This document shows, in pieces, positions 1-6,298 of a DNA stretch of 10,618 nt. Source of the DNA: an uncultured archaeon. Its GTDB lineage: Archaea; Asgardarchaeota; Lokiarchaeia; Sigyniarchaeales; Promethearchaeaceae. Below the pieces are notes generated by a model. The model had not been told where the DNA came from and made no database searches. It was given only the letters and a program-made list of their open reading frames with translations. The DNA lies in NCBI GenBank assembly GCA_964426185.1, contig CAYRPF010000027.1:3532-14149 (forward strand), in the 5' to 3' direction. Within the stretch, counting starts at the first letter, position 1, and the number at the start of each line of letters is the position of its first letter. The position numbers were made by a program, and so were the translations under genes.

Positions 1-9
1 AGCATGACA

Positions 10-20
10 TTTATATAAAA
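10..20 (+). promoter_or_regulatory. Putative archaeal TATA box for the 37..435 gene (possibly leaderless or very short leader)
   Basis: TTTATATAAAA at 10-20, about 20-27 nt before the ATG at 37, which is typical archaeal TATA-to-TSS spacing. Confidence 0.5.
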
Positions 21-36
21 ATGGAGTCCACTAAAT

Positions 37-435
37 ATGATCTTTACCGATGCTAATTTGATCCGCCTTTTGTTCACTTTTTGGCTTGCGGCCCACATTG
101 CTCATTTAATTGCATTTATATTTGCAAATCTCGACGATATTTTTATTTCAAAAGTATTTTTCTTAGGAGATCTTGCTGGATGGGGTTTAGTTTGCGGGGT
201 AACTCTACTGCTAATTAACGTGTGGCATGCACCTAGGTGGATATTATGGGTTTATTATGCAGTGCATATTTTGATAGTTTCTACGGTATTTTCTGATTTG
301 GCATTATATCAAGATTCTATCAGCCTAACAAACCTTAAAGCTTTAATTCGTGAAACGTTAATCGAATCACTGTTAATTCCTTGGGGAGTAGGTATTGCAG
401 TTGGAGTGATTAGTGCAGTTATTTTCGGTTTGTAG
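37..435 (+). CDS. Hypothetical integral membrane protein (about 4 TM helices)
   Basis: 132-aa ATG-initiated ORF with about four long hydrophobic segments and a TATA-like box upstream. No family motif recognised. Confidence 0.75.
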   Translation: MIFTDANLIRLLFTFWLAAHIAHLIAFIFANLDDIFISKVFFLGDLAGWGLVCGVTLLLINVWHAPRWILWVYYAVHILIVSTVFSDLALYQDSISLTNLKALIRETLIESLLIPWGVGIAVGVISAVIFGL

Positions 436-571
436 CCGGATGAATGAATAATAATTAGTTGCTGATTATAACGATCGGGCTCCTTAACTTTAATAAGTCA
501 AATGCTTGATATATTAGTTAGGTATATCAATGTGAATTTGATATAAGATTTAATGTGGATAGTGAAAAAAA

Positions 572-1237
572 ATGGTATTTTTACAATTTGCGCAAGGATT
601 ATTAGATCTATGGGTCAAAATTTTTGGTGACTCTGGAGCTTGGATGCTCATTTTCTGCGGTTTAATGGCTTTGGTTTGGTTCTTTTATGAAGGAATGCGC
701 CGAGGTTGGATCCGCAGGAAAAAAGAAGATTGGGAGATGGACTCAGTCTCCAGGTTTTTAAAATTCTTGATCTTTCTAGGTATTGTTTTAGGTTTAATTA
801 ACGTAATTACGGCTGTAATAACTATTTCCCTAGATATTCCACCTTCATTTGCTTATCGAGATAATGTGGGCAATCATTACGACTTGCTAACCAGCATCAG
901 TTTATTGGTCATGGGGCTGGCAATGTTTATCAAACCATTACAAGACGTTCCGATTGCAACAATAGTAGGATTAATTGCAGGAGCAGCGGTGGCATTATTA
1001 CTGGCCATGGTAATTCCTTCTGGATTCCTTTCCGATTCTACGGTAAAATGGATTCTCGTGATTGTATTTGTAGCAATTACGAGCATAGTCGGTGCCTTGT
1101 TAAAAGTTTGGGTGGATGGAATTGAAGCTGTGGCAAAGTTCTTATCTTGGCCCCCAATTGCGCTTGTACTAGCAGCTTACTGCATCGTTCAAGGCTTATT
1201 TGTTTTAGTCGGTGGAACGAGTTTATTTGTATTTTAA
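572..1237 (+). CDS. Hypothetical polytopic membrane protein (about 6 TM helices)
   Basis: 221-aa ORF with repeated hydrophobic segments and a charged loop (MRRGWIRRKKEDWE) after TM1. T-rich tract after the stop. No family motif recognised. Confidence 0.8.
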   Translation: MVFLQFAQGLLDLWVKIFGDSGAWMLIFCGLMALVWFFYEGMRRGWIRRKKEDWEMDSVSRFLKFLIFLGIVLGLINVITAVITISLDIPPSFAYRDNVGNHYDLLTSISLLVMGLAMFIKPLQDVPIATIVGLIAGAAVALLLAMVIPSGFLSDSTVKWILVIVFVAITSIVGALLKVWVDGIEAVAKFLSWPPIALVLAAYCIVQGLFVLVGGTSLFVF

Positions 1238-1347
1238 ATAACTTTTTTATTTCTTCTATTACTATTCTTACTCCTTTTTGGGGCGTTTTTGAATGGATTA
1301 AAAATGACCTTAAAAATTATAATGTGTAATGTACATAGAGGATATCA

Positions 1348-1854
1348 ATGGCGATAAAAAAGAAAGATTATGTGCGCGTTTCTGCAACTGTGCCTTGGGA
1401 CCTGAATGACCAATTTGAACAGTTAAGAAATAAAATTCAATTAAGCCGTTCCGATGCAATTCGCCGCGGAATGAGATTGTTGATTAATCAAAATATAGAC
1501 TATCTAAGTGAGCCTGAGGATATTGAAGTATTAGGTACCATTGCATATATAGAAAAGACACATTCTCATGATTTGAATCAGCCCCATCATCATCCACATT
1601 CCCATCCGAAACCACCAGATCAGTATTATTTTCCAGTGGATCAAGCAGAATTTATTCAAATTAATGAACTGCAGCATCAATTTTTGCATGAAATCATTTC
1701 AACCACTCATATTCATGCAAGCAAGGAAAAATGTATGATTATAATTGCAGTAAGGGGAAAAATGCATCGAATTAACGATTTACTCCAAAAACTGCAATCA
1801 TTCCATACCATTCAGAATTTACAGTTTATTCCATTAGAAAAACTTCAGATATGA
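1348..1854 (+). CDS. nikR: NikR-family nickel-responsive regulator (ribbon-helix-helix plus ACT-like metal-binding domain) with a His/Pro-rich insertion
   Basis: N-terminal RHH pattern (VRVSATVP...SRSDAIRRGMR). C-terminal LQH...STTHIHASKEKC carries the H, H-x-H and C nickel ligands of NikR. SD-like GAGG at 1338-1341. Confidence 0.85.
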   Translation: MAIKKKDYVRVSATVPWDLNDQFEQLRNKIQLSRSDAIRRGMRLLINQNIDYLSEPEDIEVLGTIAYIEKTHSHDLNQPHHHPHSHPKPPDQYYFPVDQAEFIQINELQHQFLHEIISTTHIHASKEKCMIIIAVRGKMHRINDLLQKLQSFHTIQNLQFIPLEKLQI

Positions 1855-1872
1855 AGGAAAAAAAGAAAGGAA

Positions 1873-1953
1873 TGAAGAAATTAAGGTAATCGTGGGATTG
1901 TTTAACCCCCATGAAGTGAAGAAATTAAGGTAATCGTGCAAGGATTGTTTAAC
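1873..1953. repeat. Two-copy direct repeat (34 and 37 nt) spanning the 3' end and stop codon of the Urm1-like gene
   Basis: 1873-1906 TGAAGAAATTAAGGTAATCGTG---GGATTGTTTAAC versus 1917-1953 TGAAGAAATTAAGGTAATCGTGCAAGGATTGTTTAAC. Identical except for a 3-nt indel. Confidence 0.95.
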
Positions 1954-2243
1954 TTTTTGGATAAGCCGCCAGCCAAATTCACGTCAACATCATTTATCAA
2001 ACAGATAACTCCAATTTCCAATTGATTTTCCGTGTCATTTAAGACAGCAGTATTGTTTGGTTTCAGGTATTGAACTTCCACACTTTTTAATGCATTTTTC
2101 AGTGTTTCTCCTTTTTGAACAGTTAGGGTAACTTCTCCGGTTCCTGCACTGTTTCTTAAGGTAGAAAAGAAGCGGAATGTGATGGGAATTGATGTTGTGG
2201 GGTGCTTGGAATTAGATTGCATTTCAATTGGTTTTTGCTCCAT
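1902..2243 (-). CDS. Urm1-like ubiquitin-fold (MoaD/ThiS/SAMP superfamily) sulfur carrier or protein modifier
   Basis: Beta-grasp pattern (ITFRFFSTLR...GTGEVTLTV...TLKNAL), GVICLINDVDVNL and a C-terminal ISSLHGG, resembling Urm1 (GILVLINDxDWEL...STLHGG). I moved the start from the TTG at 2267 to the first ATG at 2243; ATG 2222 is also possible. Confidence 0.85.
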   Translation of the reverse strand: MEQKPIEMQSNSKHPTTSIPITFRFFSTLRNSAGTGEVTLTVQKGETLKNALKSVEVQYLKPNNTAVLNDTENQLEIGVICLINDVDVNLAGGLSKKLNNPCTITLISSLHGG

Positions 2244-2355
2244 TATGAGATATAATGAATCGTTCAAAAAAAGTGATTAGCTTAATTTCTAAAATTTAGT
2301 AGGCAAGAAGAATTTTAAAATAGAAAAAAAAAGAAAGTTAACTATAGATTTTTTT

Positions 2356-2361
2356 AGGTGA
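2356..2361 (+). promoter_or_regulatory. Shine-Dalgarno-like AGGTGA, 6 nt before an in-frame CTG
   Basis: AGGTGA matches the archaeal anti-SD complement (GGAGGTGA). It is followed by GTAGAA and then CTG at 2368, in frame with the 2470..3891 ORF. Confidence 0.55.
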
Positions 2362-2367
2362 GTAGAA

Positions 2368-3891
2368 CTGACCAACTTTTGGATTGAATTAGACGAAAAT
2401 CTCAGCAAGGGGAAACTAGAAAAGCAAATTAAAATAAGGGTAAAAGATTTAGCCGACTTACGCACTAAAATGACTGAATTAGAAAATGATATCAGCACTG
2501 CACAAAATCGAAACCAAACCTTAAGCGAGATCAATAAAGAACTTAATCGAAAAATCGAACTTCTTCAACAAAGCAAAAGTTCGATTGATTCGAAAATGGA
2601 ACAACAATTACATACTCAAAATGAAATGATAAAAGAATTAGAAAAAGAAATCCAAGAATATCAATCCAAAGTGGAACAATATCGGACCAAGTCCACCAAA
2701 AAGGACCGTTTGATTTTAGAATTTAAACAAAAGATGGATGAAGCTATTAAAAAAATCAAAGAACAAGTCGCAGAAATCGAAGAACGCGATCATAAGATAA
2801 CTGAACTCGAAACAAAAATCAAAACAATCCAAAACCGTTCAATATCTCCCGAATCCCAGAAAAAATGGGAAAAGGAAATTGATGGATTAACTCGCATTCG
2901 TATACGATTAGAAGGAGAATTAAAAGAAAGGGACAAAGAGGTTCAAGATCTTCGATCTCAATTAGAACATATTGACACTTCACCGCAAATTACTGAATTA
3001 AAAAATCAAATTCTTTCCTTACAAGCTGAAATGGAACAGAAACAATTAGCTTGGGAACAAGAACGCCAAAATTATGAGATGATGGAACATTCTCTTAAAG
3101 AACAATTTGAGATCGCCCAAGTTAAAATCTCCGAAATTGAATCGCAAAAAATCCTTGCTGAGGAACAATTTGAACAAGAAATCTTGCATCTAAAAAACGC
3201 TCATCAAGAAGAAATTGAACTTCTACGGATGAATATGCCTACTCAAGATAACGCAGAATTATTGAAGGGAGGTAAAAAAAGCGGAGATCCTCAGCTGGCC
3301 GAATTAATTCGAAAATTGCGACTTTCAAATGCGAAATTGCAAGAATATCAATTGAAAGCCAGAAAAAACCTGAAAGCATTGAGAGAATTGGAAGAACACG
3401 CGAAAAAATCCGATCGGCAACTGGAAAAATTACGAAAAACTACAGTTCTGAAAAAAGATTTCAAAGAATTAAAACAGAAGTTTAATGAATTAACTGTAAA
3501 ATATGAAGCAATGGCCAAAAACCGAGAAATTCTACTGAATGAAAATGAATCTCTTCGAATCCAATTGGAAATCCGACAACCAACCGAACAACCTTCACCA
3601 TCCACGCCATCCACATCATCCAACCAAACTTCAGCTTCAGCCTCGGGTTCTGTAAGTACTCCCAAGGTTCCTCTTAGAAAACTACGAAAGATTCCAAAAA
3701 AATCGACTTGGGAGAAAGTTGAAGATAATTCGGTTGCCGAAGTTTCTTTACATATAAGTAGGATTAAATGCCCACACTGCGGTAGCACTAAATTGAAGGA
3801 AATAGAAGACAAATCTACAATACTTTCTTACGTTCCCCAAATAGTTTATGCAAAAAAATTAGTATGCACTCAATGCGGCTATATTTTCTGA
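2368..3891 (+). CDS. Long coiled-coil protein with a Ser/Thr/Pro-rich linker and a C-terminal zinc ribbon (CPHC...CTQC)
   Basis: About 370-400 aa of E/K/Q/L-rich heptad-like sequence, then a low-complexity linker (QPSPSTPSTSSNQTSASASGSVSTP), a basic patch, and CPHCGS...CTQCGYIF at the extreme C-terminus. The start is either CTG 2368 (preferred) or ATG 2470. Confidence 0.85.
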   Translation: MTNFWIELDENLSKGKLEKQIKIRVKDLADLRTKMTELENDISTAQNRNQTLSEINKELNRKIELLQQSKSSIDSKMEQQLHTQNEMIKELEKEIQEYQSKVEQYRTKSTKKDRLILEFKQKMDEAIKKIKEQVAEIEERDHKITELETKIKTIQNRSISPESQKKWEKEIDGLTRIRIRLEGELKERDKEVQDLRSQLEHIDTSPQITELKNQILSLQAEMEQKQLAWEQERQNYEMMEHSLKEQFEIAQVKISEIESQKILAEEQFEQEILHLKNAHQEEIELLRMNMPTQDNAELLKGGKKSGDPQLAELIRKLRLSNAKLQEYQLKARKNLKALRELEEHAKKSDRQLEKLRKTTVLKKDFKELKQKFNELTVKYEAMAKNREILLNENESLRIQLEIRQPTEQPSPSTPSTSSNQTSASASGSVSTPKVPLRKLRKIPKKSTWEKVEDNSVAEVSLHISRIKCPHCGSTKLKEIEDKSTILSYVPQIVYAKKLVCTQCGYIF

Positions 3892-3898
3892 TGATAGC

Positions 3899-3919
3899 CA
3901 AAATAAAATAAAAAAATAA
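3899..3919 (-). terminator. Oligo-T (archaeal-type) terminator downstream of hdrB, in the gap between convergent genes
   Basis: The minus strand reads TTATTTTTTTATTTTATTTT immediately after the hdrB TGA stop. Confidence 0.45.
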
Positions 3920-4837
3920 TCATTCAAATCCAAATTCTTTTAACACCTTTATTGGCTTAACTTGATGGAATTTCAGCCCAATTTCCGCCATCGAGGCTCC
4001 AAATGCGAGAGCCATTAATTCAGTAACGTATAATACTGGAATTTTCACTTCCATCTGATAGGTTTTTTTCATGGCGCGCTGCCCGACTTCTAATTGCAGG
4101 AAACAAGAAGGACAGATAACTGCAATAAAATCGGCTTCTGCCTCTTGAATGCTGGAATATTTCCGTTTGAGCATTCCATTGGCAGCATCTTCATTCACCC
4201 GAGCCACCCCAGAACCGCAACACATTAATTCTTCTTGATAATCAACAACAGTCGCTCCTAATGCTTCCACCACTTTTCTCGGATATATCGGATACAACGC
4301 ATCATCTGTGTGAACCAACTCATGGGGTCTTGAATAATGACAGCCGGGATGCATGGCAATTTTCATACCGGTCAGCGGTTTAACGATTGACTTTTTAATT
4401 TCATCTGATCCAACATTTTCATAGAGCACTTCAATAAAATGCTTAACTTCACTGGTCCCAGCAAAACTCCGCCCGATTTCTTCTAAACGAACTTGAACCA
4501 CTTTCTTTTCCTCGGGATTTTTGAGAAGTTCTTGTCTCACGGCCTTCAATGTTTCTGAACAACCGTTGCAAAAGCTCACAATTGGACGTTTGTCTTCTTC
4601 TGCTAATGCTAAATTCCGAGCACCCAAGGTCAACCAAGCATCATGACTGGTACTTTGCACTCCAACCGGATCGGGACAGCATGCAAATTCGCTGTTGTCA
4701 TGTAACTCAATTCCTAATTTTTCAAATACATAGCGGGCACTTTTTTCTATAAATGGAATTCGATTTTGAATGGTGCAACCCACGAAAATATCATATTTTA
4801 AAGGAATAGATTCGGTTTTTTCGGATTCTAAGACCAT
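3920..4837 (-). CDS. hdrB: Heterodisulfide reductase subunit B (CCG-domain Fe-S protein)
   Basis: Two CCG-type domains: GC...CCP...CNGC and HPGCH...CCG...CPSC...QLE. 305 aa. Its ATG overlaps the hdrC stop (TAATG). Confidence 0.93.
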   Translation of the reverse strand: MVLESEKTESIPLKYDIFVGCTIQNRIPFIEKSARYVFEKLGIELHDNSEFACCPDPVGVQSTSHDAWLTLGARNLALAEEDKRPIVSFCNGCSETLKAVRQELLKNPEEKKVVQVRLEEIGRSFAGTSEVKHFIEVLYENVGSDEIKKSIVKPLTGMKIAMHPGCHYSRPHELVHTDDALYPIYPRKVVEALGATVVDYQEELMCCGSGVARVNEDAANGMLKRKYSSIQEAEADFIAVICPSCFLQLEVGQRAMKKTYQMEVKIPVLYVTELMALAFGASMAEIGLKFHQVKPIKVLKEFGFE

Positions 4838-5382
4838 TAAGCTGATTCCTCCTGTGAAGATGATTTGGCATTAGCTTGATCCAAAATTGCCTTGGCGGGG
4901 GTAAAATTCATTAAATGTTGAATTTCAGATATGGATACTTCAGGTGAAATGGGCAATCCTAATTGAGCACGACGCTTGGCAATAGCTGGTTGCAAAGGCA
5001 CCGCTTTCCCATGAAGATAAACTTGATTCGTCTCGCTACTATAGGATTTTGGAATATTCCCTAATTCTGCCGCAGCATTTTTAATGGTAATAAAAATCTC
5101 ATGTAAATCTACATGTTGAGGGCAGACTTCTTGACAAACTTCGCACATGGAGCATTCCCAAGTGTTGGGTGAAAGATCCTTAATCAAGCGCTCTTCATAT
5201 CCGAAGTTAGCAAGCTGAATGATACTTCGGGGATTGAACTTTCCGCGAGTTTCTAAAGCCACAGGACACGAAGTTGAGCATGTAGAGCAATTATAGCATA
5301 CACTTAAAGAAACACCCAATTCAGAATCAGTGAATTCTTCGCGTAAGAATGCTGCTGGATTGGAATGAATATTTTTTTCCAT
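4837..5382 (-). CDS. hdrC: Heterodisulfide reductase subunit C (2x[4Fe-4S])
   Basis: CYNCSTCSTSCP and WECSMCEVCQEVCP motifs, FNPRSII segment, 181 aa, directly upstream of and coupled to hdrB. Confidence 0.92.
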   Translation of the reverse strand: MEKNIHSNPAAFLREEFTDSELGVSLSVCYNCSTCSTSCPVALETRGKFNPRSIIQLANFGYEERLIKDLSPNTWECSMCEVCQEVCPQHVDLHEIFITIKNAAAELGNIPKSYSSETNQVYLHGKAVPLQPAIAKRRAQLGLPISPEVSISEIQHLMNFTPAKAILDQANAKSSSQEESA

Positions 5383-5428
5383 TATACCATAAATAATGTG
5401 CGGGAAAAAAAAAGCCTTAGCTTATTGA

Positions 5429-5458
5429 AAATTCATGAAATGAATTTCAGCATGCTGA
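5429..5458. promoter_or_regulatory. Adjacent inverted repeat and palindrome upstream of hdrC (candidate operator sites)
   Basis: AAATTCAT-gaa-ATGAATTT (5429-5447) and the perfect 12-bp palindrome TCAGCATGCTGA (5447-5458), about 45-75 nt upstream of the hdrC ATG. Confidence 0.4.
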
Positions 5459-5582
5459 TTAGATGTTTTAGATGCAGAAAAATTTCTCATTTTACATGAT
5501 CATATTATGAATAATTACGTAAAAAAATACAAATGGAAAATTTAGCACGTAAATTTGGTAAGCAAGTTCGTCGTTTCCCAAA

Positions 5583-6212
5583 TTAATCTTCTTTAGATAT
5601 CATCTCGTGGGCAACCTCTGCAAACAAATCCTCTACCCCGTCACCACTTTTCGCACTCGTTTCAAAATATTTCGTAATCTTAAATTCATCACAAAAATCT
5701 TGGATCACTTGATCATCGATTTTAGAGGACCCATCGACTAGTAAGTCGCTTTTCGTCCCTACCAAAATATATTTTACTTTGGGATCGTTCCAAATGCCGC
5801 CATCCTTAAGAACTTTAACCCATTCATACAATCCACTTAATGAATTAAAGCGGGTCAAATCAAAAACTAACAACACACCCTCTGCACCTTTGGCATATTC
5901 TTTCAAAATAAATCGAAACCTCTCCTGCCCAGAAAAATCCCAGAATAAGAGCGTCAATCTATTTTCAAAATTGTCATCCACTATTTTCAGTTTTTTAATA
6001 ACAAAGTCGCTACCGATAGTCATTTTCGTTGAATCAATAAAGACATTGTTTATATATCGGTAAAGTAGAGTGGTTTTGCCGACACCACCATCTCCAAGCA
6101 CTAAGACTTTCTTTTTGAGATGTCGGATGAGTTTTCCATTAGAATATAAATCGGGATCATCATCGGCGGCTGATGTTGGATTATTTTTTTGTTGACGTTC
6201 GGCCATGTTCAT
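5583..6212 (-). CDS. Rab-like small GTPase (Ras superfamily)
   Basis: G1 GDGGVGKT, G2 TIGSDF, G3 WDFSGQERF, G4 TKSD, G5 ETSAK. RabF-like motifs IGSDF, RFRFIL, YAKGA and LVFDLT. No C-terminal Cys prenylation motif. Confidence 0.93.
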   Translation of the reverse strand: MNMAERQQKNNPTSAADDDPDLYSNGKLIRHLKKKVLVLGDGGVGKTTLLYRYINNVFIDSTKMTIGSDFVIKKLKIVDDNFENRLTLLFWDFSGQERFRFILKEYAKGAEGVLLVFDLTRFNSLSGLYEWVKVLKDGGIWNDPKVKYILVGTKSDLLVDGSSKIDDQVIQDFCDEFKITKYFETSAKSGDGVEDLFAEVAHEMISKED

Positions 6213-6245
6213 TATCTATTAGGAATAATATATTAATAATAGATA
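6213..6245. promoter_or_regulatory. 9-bp inverted repeat with a 15-nt spacer abutting the GTPase start codon (candidate operator)
   Basis: TATCTATTA (6213-6221), then 15 nt, then TAATAGATA (6237-6245). It overlaps the AT-rich presumed promoter. Confidence 0.4.
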
Positions 6246-6298
6246 CTTTTTAAAAAAAATCCAATAATAGTTCTAAAAAAAATCTAAAAAATTTCCAA

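Noticed and set aside
1873-1953. Possible mini-CRISPR array (repeat of 34-37 nt)
   Set aside because: Only two copies with a 10-nt gap, one copy is protein-coding sequence, and there are no cas genes or leader.
2290-2367. Selenocysteine or readthrough at TGA 2359 extending the coiled-coil ORF further upstream
   Set aside because: The upstream frame hits TAA at 2290 with no start codon, and the TGA is better explained as part of the SD motif.
2470-3891. SMC/Rad50 ATPase
   Set aside because: No Walker A/B or ABC signature motifs. The Cys pairs form a terminal ribbon, not a central zinc hook.
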